From a virus (Duplodnaviria > Caudoviricetes), in IMG/VR virus record IMGVR_UViG_3300042561_002102: a stretch of DNA of 64,000 nucleotides; one strand, given 5' to 3'. The stretch's first letter is position 1. Each line of letters begins with the position of its first letter. The translations under genes and the position numbers were made by a program. Shown in pieces: positions 18,432 to 29,607 of the stretch. Under the pieces are notes generated by a model. That model saw only the letters and a program-made list of their open reading frames with translations. It made no database searches and was not told where the DNA came from.

Positions 18432-21400
18432 GTGATAGAAGAAAAACTTATTTTCTTTGATAAAGAAGGTAACCAGATTAATACCAAATGGAATGACGAA
18501 TCCCAAGTGTGGGAGGCTGATTTAATATTTTCTGAAAACTCTTCAGACACCTTTAGAACTTATGGTCTTTATTCATTTGAAAAAATTGATGCCTTTAATT
18601 ATCTCTCAGATAAGATGGTGCTTGAAAAATGGCAACTTTTCAATGAAAGAGGATTTGATTACTATGGATCTTCTACTCAAAGTTACAAAGTATCAAAAAT
18701 AGAACCAGAGAATAGAGATAACACATTCTATTCTAAATGGATCTATGGTCCTAATTTTGAAAGAAATTTTCCAAAAGGTTCCTATTTGAGATTTGAAAGT
18801 AATATTTTTAATCTAGGAGATACCAATACAATTTATCAAATTATCGATACTAAGAAAGATGCGGTGATGATTATATCAACACAAAGTAATTCTAGTTTTT
18901 ATACAAATTGGTCTGGTTCTTATTCAAATTCAAATACTTACCTAGGTGTTACAGTTTCTGGGGTAAATTTTCTTTCGGTTGGGGATTATAGATATTCTGA
19001 TGGTTCAACCAAATTATCAAGTTGGTCAGAACAATATTTCGATAAAAGAGTTTTTAACGGCAGAAAACTAACCGTTGTTAATTCTACAGAAAACGACGGC
19101 ATCTATACTATATTAAATAAAGATCTTAAAGATAGTGAATATACTGAATATTACTTTTTTGAAGACTCAGTAGATACAGATGATAATATCATAGCTCGAC
19201 TAACACTTCTTACAAGACTTCCTATTGTTTACCAGGGAAATATAGGTCTGAGTGGTAGTAATATATTTTTTTCGAATAGTATAGGAGATTTTCTAAAGCC
19301 AGGGAGCGTATTCTACATACCTGAATCTTCTTTGAATACTTCAACACTTCAAGTTGATAATATCTTAAATTTCAATCAGATTCTAACAGGTAGACTTTTT
19401 GATCAACGTGATTTGGTTGTTTATAATGGAAAAATTTATCAGTGTATTCAATCTTATACACATAGTATAAACTCACCAGTATATCCATCAGATACTCTCT
19501 ATTGGTCAGATTCACCAGATTATCTACCACTTACCTCAACAGTAACTACAGAAAATTTATCCAATGCTACTATTCAATTAAATAATAATGTTTTGATATT
19601 TGAGGGTGGAACTTATTCACCAGCAAATATTACTAATACCCAAAACATAGCAAAATTTGTAGATAAGTTTGAAGATGAATTTCTTAAGTTCGGTCTTATT
19701 TTAACATTTGATGGTAGAAAACTACTCGTAAAACCACAATATTCATCGAAATACTTTGATATAAAATTCTATAAGAATAGTTACCTTACCGAAATCACCT
19801 CGAGTGAAATCACATACAATAGAAATTTAGAGATCACTGAAAAACTAGTTCTAGAGAAAAATAGAGATTTTTCCCAAATTTTCAATTATAATATTTACCT
19901 TTCAGATATAGATGATTTTGGTATCGAAATTACTGTAAACTCACAGATTTATCATCAAGATACTGTTTGGGCTTATAATGGAGTGAGTGTAGATATTGAA
20001 AAAACAATAAATCTTACTCTTAAAGCTTGGAGAGATAAACATTTTGCCGAGCTTTCTAAGCTAGGTGTGGTTATTACTCTATCAAGTAAATGGGGAACAT
20101 CCTACTACAACATTATAAATCTATCTAGTTTTTATCCAAATGTCGAGTTAAGATTCTCAGTTAGGGTAGGAACTACAGCAAAATATGATATTCTCTACTA
20201 TGTTGGTGAGTTTTCACGCGTAGGGCCAAGATTAGGGTTAGTGCTTAACGGTCAAGAATTTACTGTAACATCAGCAACATCTAATTCTGGATACTTAGTG
20301 AAAGAGACCATCGATAGTTTAATTACAACTTGGCAAGCTTATTTGAATCAATTGGGAGTGTTCATAACAAGAGTTAATGATACTACTATAGAGGTCAATA
20401 CTCAAGATATTACTAAAATTAGATCCCTTACATTTAATACCTATTTAAACCTTTTGCCTGGTGATTCTGCTGAAAATTATATTATCAAAGCAACCGGTAA
20501 TTTAGGAAATCTTATCACATCAAACGCACTCATTTTGGGTAATTATCTAGGTGTGACTACTAGCAATGTCCAGGATTTTTACGATGTGAATTTTTCTTTG
20601 GGTATGCCAGTATCTTTACTCAATTCTACTTTTACCTATAATAATCGTGATTATAACATCATAAACTTATTCAGAATGTTTATGAATCTGAGTTATGAAG
20701 GTCCTTTCTGGTCTTCCCCCTGCAGAGATACGGATAATATTATAGTTAGTTATCCGGATGGATTTACCTATACTTATTGTCAGCCCTATTCAAATGTTAT
20801 CGGTGCTGAATTTAGTATAGGCGCTTGGACTAGTTCTTTTTTTACTGGAACTTTTAGTCAAATTTCAAGTTATTTTTTATCTTCACAAAATATTCTTTCA
20901 GGTGCTGTTGATGTGATATACACACCTATTTCACAAAAATATTATGTTTTAAGTAATAGTCTTGAATCATTTGATGCTGTCTCTAAATATCGTCTAAAAA
21001 ATATTAATTTAACAGGTAATTCTGGGTCAAGATTCCTAAGAAATAACAGTTACAACGGATATCTTTATGTAGCAACACAGTTTCTCATTTATAAAATAAA
21101 TCCGTTCTCAGATGAAATTGTTTCAACTTTTTCAGTTCAAGAACCATATGATCTTGAAGTAAATGAAGTAAATGGTGATATTTATCTTACACTTACTTAT
21201 GAAAATGATTTTCTTATTTATGACAAAAATCACACACTTTTAAAGAATCACGATCTTTTACAAAATGGTAGAAGAATTGAAATAAATCCAGTAGAGAAAA
21301 AAGTATACGCAACAACACAAACCAACAAACTTGTCGAGATAGATACACAAACAAGAGAAGTTTCAGCTTCTTATTCAATTACTAATTTGGGAAGAGATAT

Positions 21401-24188
21401 ATTTTATCACCCACCTTCTTCTACAATTATTGGTCTTGCTAATAATACAATCTATACACTCAAGAGTGGGACAGTTTCAACAAGTTATCCTATCACTTTG
21501 GATACTACTGGAAATGCCTTTTTCTCCTACAATACAGACAGATCAATTTCAATTCTCATGGATCCAGCAGGAAAATTATATGGATTCGATGATGAACTAA
21601 ATAATGTATATTCGAGTAACTTTGCTAGTAACGGTCGTATTTCAACTAATCCAGTAGATCAAAACTTTTATGTTGGTCTGACCAATAAAGCTACTGTTAT
21701 AAATTCACTTACCGGTCTTACTAGATACTCACTTACTACATCTGCAAATCTTACAACAAATACACACAATCCCCAAAGAAGAAGTATTTTATTTTTACAA
21801 CCCTCTTTGAATAAATTAGTTGAGGTGAGTGTTCAAATTGTTATAGCTCAATCATCTATTATTCAGAATTTCGAAGAGATTGCTGATGAATATTTTGGAG
21901 CTCTTTCACAAGACTACATACCTGAGAGTACATATTGGGTAAGAGGCAGAGAATTTATAAGAAAACCAAGAGAAAAATTTGATTTTGAAGCTCCATATCC
22001 TACACAATTCATCTGGAAATGGAAAGATGTTGTAAATACTGATTTTTTTCTTTTTGATTTTTCTGGAAATTTACTCGAAACCACTGGTTCCTATTCATAT
22101 ACAGGTCCGAAACCATTGACTGAAATTGTTCTTAACAAAAAACCAAATAGATATCTAGATAGAGTAAAAGATCCCAAATATCAACAAACTATATTTGATG
22201 ATATTTATTATAGTTTACCCTATAAAAACTCAAATACCGACCTAAGTTTTTTACCACAATCACAAGAAATTTTTATTGGTTTCAATACAAAAATTGAAGG
22301 TGTTAGTCTAAACACACTACAACTTTTCAAAAGAGATGTAGCTACTTTTTCTGTTATACCTACTCTATCAAATAATAATATAATTCATTTAAAATTAGAT
22401 ACACGTGATGAAAAGATCATAGGTAAAATTTCTCTCGATTCAAATTCACTAGAAAATTTTCTAGAAGATTCGAATGATGTGCCAAGAGGTTTCATAATAG
22501 GACAAATCATACAAATTAATTTAGTAGATGTAACAAATCTAAAAAATCAATATATTTCTTATAACAACGGATTAAAAGTAAAAATATTAGAAATATACCC
22601 CAAAGAAATTGTAGTCGATTTTCTAGAGGATGCCTTTATACCGGAATCAAACATAGTTTATGATTATCCAGAGAATGGTTCGAATACTTTTTTGAAAACA
22701 ACAATTTTTGTTGTTGATAAGTTATTGGCTAAATTTAATTTTCTAGCACAAACAGAAATAGAAGATCCACGTTTTGAGGTTGAAATTTCAAACACCGGAA
22801 AAGATCTATCAACTGAAATTGCTTGGATATTCAAACAATATGATATAAATGAACAGGGTATAGACTGGAATTTTTTGAATCCAAAAAGAAAAGAATTTCT
22901 CTATACTAGAGATGAAATATTCAATTATGTAGGTAGTTATAAAGCTATTATTAATAGTATAAATTATTTTGGATATAATGATCTTATCCTCAATGAATAC
23001 TATAGAAATATTGATCCTGAATCTCAAAATTTTGGTAAACTATTCAAAGTTGAAATACCAGATATTTTTGATAATACAATAAAGGGTTGGAATGAAAGAG
23101 ATTTTCTAAAATTCAATCTACCCAATCCTAAGTTTACATCTACGAAATTATTCAATCTAGCCTATAAAATAACTGATAGAGAAGGGAATTATGTAATTCA
23201 CTATTCTGTAATAGAAGCTCTTGTAAAATTACACGGATTAAAATTATGGCTTTCAAAAAATGTTATACCGATTACACATCGTATTTTAGATATTACCGGA
23301 GAAGCTAGTTTTGTTGGAACTAATACAGTTACACATAGAAATTATGATGTTAAAATCATTAAAATTTCAGAAGATTTTTCACCAATAGATTTTAAAATTA
23401 ATGAAGCTTACCTACTACCCATAACAAGTGGTTCTTATGTATTCAATGTAGCAGTTGATTTCTTTACTAAATTGACCTTGGAAGATCCTTTTAGTGTAGA
23501 AATACGAACCTATCAAACATTCAAAGAATGGGAACCGTTCAAATCTTATACGATAGGTGATAAGGTTAGATATTTTGATAAGTTATATGAATCTGTTAAG
23601 AATAACAACAAAATTAATAATCCGAGAAAGTATGAAAATACATCAAATTGGAATGAACTTACGAACTATACGCCTGGACAGATTACGATTTATGATAATT
23701 TAGCCTATATTTATGTTGGAACACAGAGCTTGTTCGATTATTCGACCTTTTCACAAAGTCCTGTAGTAGATACAAACAAATGGACAAATATTTCTTATTG
23801 GAAAAAAATCGGACTAGAACCTGTTCAATCTATTAATCAATATAAAAACACACTAGATACTTTCAATTTTACTGTTGATACAACGGTTGATCCTTTTATT
23901 ACTCTAAAAACAATATCTGAAAATGGTAGAGGCGGATATTATATTGTTAAGAAAAACTATGAAATAAGATGGCTTGACGATAAAACACAACCAGTTCTTA
24001 TTCTAGCCGAAGATCCACTACCTGATAGAACTTTATATACAACCACTACGACTTCTACAACAACAACTTGTCCAGATAATTGTATCAACTATCAGTTCTG
24101 TGAAGATATTAACTTTACCTGGTATTTCTGTAGGAATGATGATTTTTCATATTGTGTGGATGATTTTACCTATTCAACAACATCTTAA
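18432..24188 (+). CDS. Very large baseplate/tail-associated structural protein (1918 aa)
   Basis: CBM5/12-like modules (LVVYNGKIYQC; YTIGDKVRY), beta-propeller-like region, wedge-like YVGSYKAIINSINYFG, Thr/Cys-rich tail. Confidence 0.8.
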   Translation: MIEEKLIFFDKEGNQINTKWNDESQVWEADLIFSENSSDTFRTYGLYSFEKIDAFNYLSDKMVLEKWQLFNERGFDYYGSSTQSYKVSKIEPENRDNTFYSKWIYGPNFERNFPKGSYLRFESNIFNLGDTNTIYQIIDTKKDAVMIISTQSNSSFYTNWSGSYSNSNTYLGVTVSGVNFLSVGDYRYSDGSTKLSSWSEQYFDKRVFNGRKLTVVNSTENDGIYTILNKDLKDSEYTEYYFFEDSVDTDDNIIARLTLLTRLPIVYQGNIGLSGSNIFFSNSIGDFLKPGSVFYIPESSLNTSTLQVDNILNFNQILTGRLFDQRDLVVYNGKIYQCIQSYTHSINSPVYPSDTLYWSDSPDYLPLTSTVTTENLSNATIQLNNNVLIFEGGTYSPANITNTQNIAKFVDKFEDEFLKFGLILTFDGRKLLVKPQYSSKYFDIKFYKNSYLTEITSSEITYNRNLEITEKLVLEKNRDFSQIFNYNIYLSDIDDFGIEITVNSQIYHQDTVWAYNGVSVDIEKTINLTLKAWRDKHFAELSKLGVVITLSSKWGTSYYNIINLSSFYPNVELRFSVRVGTTAKYDILYYVGEFSRVGPRLGLVLNGQEFTVTSATSNSGYLVKETIDSLITTWQAYLNQLGVFITRVNDTTIEVNTQDITKIRSLTFNTYLNLLPGDSAENYIIKATGNLGNLITSNALILGNYLGVTTSNVQDFYDVNFSLGMPVSLLNSTFTYNNRDYNIINLFRMFMNLSYEGPFWSSPCRDTDNIIVSYPDGFTYTYCQPYSNVIGAEFSIGAWTSSFFTGTFSQISSYFLSSQNILSGAVDVIYTPISQKYYVLSNSLESFDAVSKYRLKNINLTGNSGSRFLRNNSYNGYLYVATQFLIYKINPFSDEIVSTFSVQEPYDLEVNEVNGDIYLTLTYENDFLIYDKNHTLLKNHDLLQNGRRIEINPVEKKVYATTQTNKLVEIDTQTREVSASYSITNLGRDIFYHPPSSTIIGLANNTIYTLKSGTVSTSYPITLDTTGNAFFSYNTDRSISILMDPAGKLYGFDDELNNVYSSNFASNGRISTNPVDQNFYVGLTNKATVINSLTGLTRYSLTTSANLTTNTHNPQRRSILFLQPSLNKLVEVSVQIVIAQSSIIQNFEEIADEYFGALSQDYIPESTYWVRGREFIRKPREKFDFEAPYPTQFIWKWKDVVNTDFFLFDFSGNLLETTGSYSYTGPKPLTEIVLNKKPNRYLDRVKDPKYQQTIFDDIYYSLPYKNSNTDLSFLPQSQEIFIGFNTKIEGVSLNTLQLFKRDVATFSVIPTLSNNNIIHLKLDTRDEKIIGKISLDSNSLENFLEDSNDVPRGFIIGQIIQINLVDVTNLKNQYISYNNGLKVKILEIYPKEIVVDFLEDAFIPESNIVYDYPENGSNTFLKTTIFVVDKLLAKFNFLAQTEIEDPRFEVEISNTGKDLSTEIAWIFKQYDINEQGIDWNFLNPKRKEFLYTRDEIFNYVGSYKAIINSINYFGYNDLILNEYYRNIDPESQNFGKLFKVEIPDIFDNTIKGWNERDFLKFNLPNPKFTSTKLFNLAYKITDREGNYVIHYSVIEALVKLHGLKLWLSKNVIPITHRILDITGEASFVGTNTVTHRNYDVKIIKISEDFSPIDFKINEAYLLPITSGSYVFNVAVDFFTKLTLEDPFSVEIRTYQTFKEWEPFKSYTIGDKVRYFDKLYESVKNNNKINNPRKYENTSNWNELTNYTPGQITIYDNLAYIYVGTQSLFDYSTFSQSPVVDTNKWTNISYWKKIGLEPVQSINQYKNTLDTFNFTVDTTVDPFITLKTISENGRGGYYIVKKNYEIRWLDDKTQPVLILAEDPLPDRTLYTTTTTSTTTTCPDNCINYQFCEDINFTWYFCRNDDFSYCVDDFTYSTTS

Positions 24189-24248
24189 AAAAAAATATAG
24201 AGTTAGGATATAGAAAAATTTTATATATAATCAAAAAGTGTTAAATAA

Positions 24249-24893
24249 ATGGCAATAGTAACTTGGAATACAGCAAATCAAAATAATTGCACACTTACCT
24301 ATACATCCAATTTAGGTGGTTCGATAACTGCTACAGCTGGTAATCCGTCCTTCCCTTGGGTATTCAATCCGACAGATTATGGTCTAACTTCAAATGATAT
24401 TTATGGCACTTATAGCTTTAATTGTAGTGGTTGTATTTATACTAGATTTTTAAATACACCTTCTACAACTACTACTACTACTTCTACAACCACAGTAGCT
24501 CCAGCTAGCTCTACCCCAACACCAACTGTTACCAAAACACCAACAATTACACCCACACCAACTATCACTGGAACACCGGGAACATCGCCATCGAATACAC
24601 CAACAGAAACACCAACAGAAACACCGACACCTAGTGTCACCGGAACTCCAAATGCTTCACCTAGCCAAACACCAACAGAAACACCAACAGAAACACCGAC
24701 ACCTAGTGTCACCGGAACTCCAAATGCTTCACCTAGCCAAACACCAACTGAAACACCAACAGAAACTCCAACACCAACAGTGACAGAAACACCTACATCA
24801 ACACCAACCCAAACCGTAACTATGACACCTAGTCAAACACCAACTACATCAGCCACAACATTATGTGCACCAGTCAGATTAACACTACTATAA
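24249..24893 (+). CDS. Shared N-terminal module plus Thr/Pro stalk protein
   Basis: FPWVFNP..YG...[10 protein letters not shown] module then TP repeats. Confidence 0.85.
   Translation: MAIVTWNTANQNNCTLTYTSNLGGSITATAGNPSFPWVFNPTDYGLTSNDIYGTYSFNCSGCIYTRFLNTPSTTTTTTSTTTVAPASSTPTPTVTKTPTITPTPTITGTPGTSPSNTPTETPTETPTPSVTGTPNASPSQTPTETPTETPTPSVTGTPNASPSQTPTETPTETPTPTVTETPTSTPTQTVTMTPSQTPTTSATTLCAPVRLTLL
24597..24740 (+). repeat. Exact 72-bp tandem duplication ([24 protein letters not shown] x2)
   Basis: 24597-24668 identical to 24669-24740. Confidence 0.85.
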
Positions 24894-24916
24894 AATTAAT
24901 AATATAAAATACATGA

Positions 24917-27900
24917 ATGGCAACATTCTCAGCGATAGAAAACTATTATGGAATCACCTCGAGTGCTAATGTCAATATATTTGGCGGTAAGTATATCGAT
25001 TGCTCTATATGTAATGCCTTCATATCAGATTCTAAACTTCAAAATTGTTCATTAGATAATGATTTTGTTGAAAGAACAATAGTCATAGATACCAAGTTTA
25101 CTGAATCGATTGTTAAAGATTCAGATATTGAATCTAGCAATTCCATTATTGTAAAAACAGTTGATATTTGGACTTTTTTACCAAGTGCAACATCAAGTGA
25201 TTTAGATAATGCGACTGGTGTTCTAAAGATTTATGTGAATGATTTTGATATTGAAAAGTTTAATATTTTCGATTCTATTTATACAACTAACTTAAATAAG
25301 AAGAACCTTATTCAAAATCTTAATTTAGATCAAATTATAGAACTACCCTATGAAACAAGATGGGTGTTCAATAACTTTTTGAATGATGATATATCGAATG
25401 ATTTGATATCTGTTACATTCAAAAAATCTGATGAAAATAAATATAAGACTATTGTTATAAATGAATTAGATATTTATAATAGTTTTACATATTTAAATGA
25501 TCTATTAGACGAGAACAACAAACCCTACGGTTCAATTGATATTGAAATTGGAAACTATTTAGCTAATAGCTATTTTGGTTTAAGACACTATATTGATTTT
25601 CATATTGACGTATATTCTAGACCAATACTTATTTCGGCTACTGTTTCTTTTGTGCCTTTACTTGATGTAGATACTTCAATAAGTTTAAATTTAGTAATTA
25701 AAAATAGTTCACTTATTGACGTAAGTTTACCAAGTACATATTTTATAGCTAAGCAAAATAACTCAACATTCAAAGTAACAAATACTCTTCGTAACTTCAT
25801 TTTGGATACCTCAACATATTCAATTAGTTATTCAATATCTAGTGATACGAGGGTTAGTTGGGTTCCACGTTTTCATGTAAGGCTCATACCTGGGGATCCT
25901 CTCTGTGAATGTTGTACATCGACTACAACACTACCGGTTTGTGCAACAGATTTATTTACTTACTCTATTATACTTGGATGTGCTCTAGATGATTTTACAT
26001 ATTCTTTTGTTTTACCAACACCTACACCGACAATTACATCAACGAACACACCTACAACTACTCCAACTGAAACACCTATTACTTCTGCTTCGTCTACTCC
26101 AACGGAAACACCTACACCAACAGTAACAAAAACACCATCCACATCACCGTCACAAACACCAACGAATACACCTACATTATCAGTAACACCTACTATAACA
26201 CAAACTATTTCTGAGACACCAACACTCACACCAACAAATACTCAAACACCAACGAATACACCTACATTATCGGTAACACCTACTGTAACACAAACTATTT
26301 CTGAGACACCAACAAATACACCTACATTATCGGTAACACCTACTATAACACAAACTATTTCGGAAACACCTACAGAAACTCCTACCAATACACCAACTGT
26401 TACTATAACAAAAACACCAGGACTTTCTGATACACCTACACCAACTATAACTGATACTCCAACTCAAACCCCCACGAATACACCAACACTAACCTCTACT
26501 CCAACTCTCACTCCTACAAAGAGTTTAACACCAACCCCTACTCAAACACCAACTCTCACACCTACAAGTAGTTTAACACAGACCCCTACAAATACACCAA
26601 CACTTACACAAACACCAACTCTCACACCTACAAGTAGTTTAACACAGACCCCTACAAATACACCAACACTTACACAAACACCAACTACCACCTCATCATT
26701 GACCCCGACACCAACTGTTACTGAAACTCCAACCGAAACACCAACCGAAACACCAACACCTACACCAACACCGATAGATGAACAGCAACAATCAGTCTAT
26801 TTTTACGGGAATCAGGGATACGGTTCTGGAGAAGGTTCTTATCTATCGTTCTCAAACACAACATTTATGAGCTTAACTGGATCTTTAATGGACGGAACAC
26901 CAACCGTAGTTCCGAAATTTACATTATCTATGTGGATCGAACCAGATTGGACACCGGGGTTAGGATATCCAGCCTATCTATTCGAATTGAGAACACAGGA
27001 ATATCCGATAGCTTATGGGATCACAGGAAGTCAAATGAGAATTTATTATGATGCAGAGACCGGGTATAATGCAGTGCAGATGAGCTTAGAGTATTTTATA
27101 GATGGAAAGTCTGCATCTACATATATGAATTGGATACTTTCTACTGGTAGTAACGCCGATATAACAGGTATCTACGCTACTGGCCAATCATCTTGGAATT
27201 CATCGACTAGTCCTACATTTTCTATGCTCACTTTTGTTATGGATGGTGATCAGACTGGAATTACAAATCAGTTCAGAATGTTCTGGAATGGATTTACTCT
27301 TTCTGGAACGGGTAGTGCGACACCGGGGTTTGTTGCCGAAGAATCTGTGTATAGTTTTTACTCATCCAATAGATCAAGTTACATACCGGCAACCATGAGT
27401 GGCGTATTAGGTGCTTACTTTTGGCCAAGAGCTTTCTGGGCTGATAACCTATTCTTCTACTGGAATTCTCTTTCTCAACAGCAGATTAGAGACCAATTGT
27501 GGAACACTTCTCAACCACTTTGTAACTATTCAAATCTATTCACTGGATCCTTATATTGGAACTTTAATTCCAACATGAATCCATACAGATCGGTTGGTAA
27601 CCAACTAACTCTATCACCGGTGGGTGTAATACTTGATGCACCTACAATCTCAACAACTCATTCGGTTTCGTGTGTTACTCAGCTGTTGGATAATGTTTGG
27701 ACTAATGTTTATGATAATTACTTTGGATGTGCTAACTATGTCAGAGGTGTCTATTGTGATGGATCTGGAGATCAATCATGTATGTCGTCACCCGATACTT
27801 ACTATACAGACTATAACATTGGTTCAGAAGATAGGTTCTATCTAGGAATGACTTTCTATTCTGATGCTGCACTTTCTACACCTGTATCACTAGGGGGCAC

Positions 27901-28009
27901 TTGGTATTTTGCCTTCACTCTTAGTGTTGCTCCTGGTAGTGGAACTCTTTATGAAATGAATAATTACAATCTTTCTGCCACATATAGTTTGGGCGAAAGT
28001 TGTGTATAG
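24917..28009 (+). CDS. Putative virion protein: N-terminal domain, long Thr/Pro stalk, LamG/ConA-like domain
   Basis: ~250-aa TP region; FTLSMWIEP...LTFVMDG...MFWNG...[15 protein letters not shown] is LamG-like. Confidence 0.8.
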   Translation: MATFSAIENYYGITSSANVNIFGGKYIDCSICNAFISDSKLQNCSLDNDFVERTIVIDTKFTESIVKDSDIESSNSIIVKTVDIWTFLPSATSSDLDNATGVLKIYVNDFDIEKFNIFDSIYTTNLNKKNLIQNLNLDQIIELPYETRWVFNNFLNDDISNDLISVTFKKSDENKYKTIVINELDIYNSFTYLNDLLDENNKPYGSIDIEIGNYLANSYFGLRHYIDFHIDVYSRPILISATVSFVPLLDVDTSISLNLVIKNSSLIDVSLPSTYFIAKQNNSTFKVTNTLRNFILDTSTYSISYSISSDTRVSWVPRFHVRLIPGDPLCECCTSTTTLPVCATDLFTYSIILGCALDDFTYSFVLPTPTPTITSTNTPTTTPTETPITSASSTPTETPTPTVTKTPSTSPSQTPTNTPTLSVTPTITQTISETPTLTPTNTQTPTNTPTLSVTPTVTQTISETPTNTPTLSVTPTITQTISETPTETPTNTPTVTITKTPGLSDTPTPTITDTPTQTPTNTPTLTSTPTLTPTKSLTPTPTQTPTLTPTSSLTQTPTNTPTLTQTPTLTPTSSLTQTPTNTPTLTQTPTTTSSLTPTPTVTETPTETPTETPTPTPTPIDEQQQSVYFYGNQGYGSGEGSYLSFSNTTFMSLTGSLMDGTPTVVPKFTLSMWIEPDWTPGLGYPAYLFELRTQEYPIAYGITGSQMRIYYDAETGYNAVQMSLEYFIDGKSASTYMNWILSTGSNADITGIYATGQSSWNSSTSPTFSMLTFVMDGDQTGITNQFRMFWNGFTLSGTGSATPGFVAEESVYSFYSSNRSSYIPATMSGVLGAYFWPRAFWADNLFFYWNSLSQQQIRDQLWNTSQPLCNYSNLFTGSLYWNFNSNMNPYRSVGNQLTLSPVGVILDAPTISTTHSVSCVTQLLDNVWTNVYDNYFGCANYVRGVYCDGSGDQSCMSSPDTYYTDYNIGSEDRFYLGMTFYSDAALSTPVSLGGTWYFAFTLSVAPGSGTLYEMNNYNLSATYSLGESCV
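26015..26775 (+). repeat. Thr/Pro mucin-like coding repeats
   Basis: acacc/aca-rich tandem units. Confidence 0.9.
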
Positions 28010-28030
28010 TAAATATATAACCTAAAAAAA

Positions 28031-28834
28031 ATGGCAAGAACCAGATTTAACTCACCAAACATAGGAAATTGTTCTCTTGTCTACTACTCAGATCTTGGAT
28101 CTACTCTAAGTGTAAGTGGGCCAATATATTTTCCCTGGTCATTTGATCCCACACTCTATGGTTTGACTGCCACAGATTTGAACGGCACTTATAGTTTTCT
28201 TTGTAATGGTTGTGCTTATGTAGTTTCTGTGACAGAGTATAGTCCAGCATTGACACCGACACCTACAAAAACTTTAACACCAACACCAACACTTACACAG
28301 ACACCTACTATAACATCCACAGTAACTGTAACACAGACCTCAACACAAACGAATACTATAACACCTACAGAAACACCAACTGTGACTCCAACACCAACTA
28401 TTACTTCAACACCAACAATCACAAATTCCTCAACACCGACCCCTTCAATTACACCAACTCTTGAAACTTCATCAACACCAACACCCACCGTAACTAACAC
28501 ACCTACTGAAACACCAACAAATACACCTAGCTCTACTATTACAAATACACCAACAATCACACCTACACCAACACTTACACCTACTATATCTTTGACTCCT
28601 ACCCTAACACCAACACCAACTTGTCCTGCTTGCTACGAATACGAAATAAGTCAAGTTGGAAAAGCTAGTGGTGGTGAATATTCTATGATCTTATGTAGCG
28701 GAACACTGACTTCGGTAACAGTTAGTTTAGGTAATACATTCTCTACTGGCTGCCTAAAAGAAGGAACAATTACACTTACCTCTGGTGTTCAGGGTGATAT
28801 AACACAAGGTGTTAATTGTGGATCGGCTTGCTAA
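28031..28834 (+). CDS. Shared N-terminal module, Thr/Pro stalk and small Cys-rich tip protein
   Basis: FPWSFDP..YG...GTYSFLCNGC module. Confidence 0.85.
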   Translation: MARTRFNSPNIGNCSLVYYSDLGSTLSVSGPIYFPWSFDPTLYGLTATDLNGTYSFLCNGCAYVVSVTEYSPALTPTPTKTLTPTPTLTQTPTITSTVTVTQTSTQTNTITPTETPTVTPTPTITSTPTITNSSTPTPSITPTLETSSTPTPTVTNTPTETPTNTPSSTITNTPTITPTPTLTPTISLTPTLTPTPTCPACYEYEISQVGKASGGEYSMILCSGTLTSVTVSLGNTFSTGCLKEGTITLTSGVQGDITQGVNCGSAC

Positions 28835-29565
28835 TCCAAGCTATACATATAATCGTAAGCTTTTGATTTAATCTCTAGAAGTTTTCCGATATATCCATTT
28901 CTACGAAGAAGCTTAAAGACTAAATTTTCAATTGAAAATTCTCCTGATTTTTCAAGTGATGATTTTCTAGCATCTTTAATTTTTTTCCAAATCTTTCTGA
29001 ATCTTTGAGATATCTCTTCGTAATCCTTTGTTCTTTCGAGATCGAATCCTAACTCATCAATATCGTTCATTATTTTAGAAGCTTTTGTTTTGATGAGCTC
29101 TTCATCTGGCTTAAAATTTGATAAACTTGGTTTAATAATCCATTTATTTTTAAGTATTGAAAATTGACCTGATGGTGTTCCCTTGTGAGATACATCTTGA
29201 ATAAAACTCTCCACGTTGTAACCTTTTATTTTAATATCATGCTTTTCGTTCCAAATTTTACGAACTGAATCCATATACTTCTCAACAAGTTCATATTCTT
29301 TGTTGACATCTAAAAAATCAATAACAATGTGCAGATCAATATCAGAATATTTAGACCAGTTGTAGTTTGCTAAACTGCCTGTAAAAACAATATCTTCAAT
29401 TTCAATACTCATTTCTAGACTATCAATAATATCAGTGGCTATTTTAATAAGATTGCCTCTAACTTCGGTATCGAGTTCCATTTTATCGTTCCAGAATTTC
29501 TTATTGAGCTCTTTTTGAAGATAGAAAGATTTTATAGGTGTAAATTTTTTAGTTCTGCTTATCAT
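28831..29565 (-). CDS. Pol-beta-superfamily nucleotidyltransferase
   Basis: TGSLANYNWSKYSDIDLH (GS...DxD) plus a third acidic residue in NVESFIQD. Confidence 0.8.
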   Translation of the reverse strand: MISRTKKFTPIKSFYLQKELNKKFWNDKMELDTEVRGNLIKIATDIIDSLEMSIEIEDIVFTGSLANYNWSKYSDIDLHIVIDFLDVNKEYELVEKYMDSVRKIWNEKHDIKIKGYNVESFIQDVSHKGTPSGQFSILKNKWIIKPSLSNFKPDEELIKTKASKIMNDIDELGFDLERTKDYEEISQRFRKIWKKIKDARKSSLEKSGEFSIENLVFKLLRRNGYIGKLLEIKSKAYDYMYSLD

Positions 29566-29607
29566 AAATTGTGATATAAATTTTTAATATATATTAAATC
29601 TTAAACT

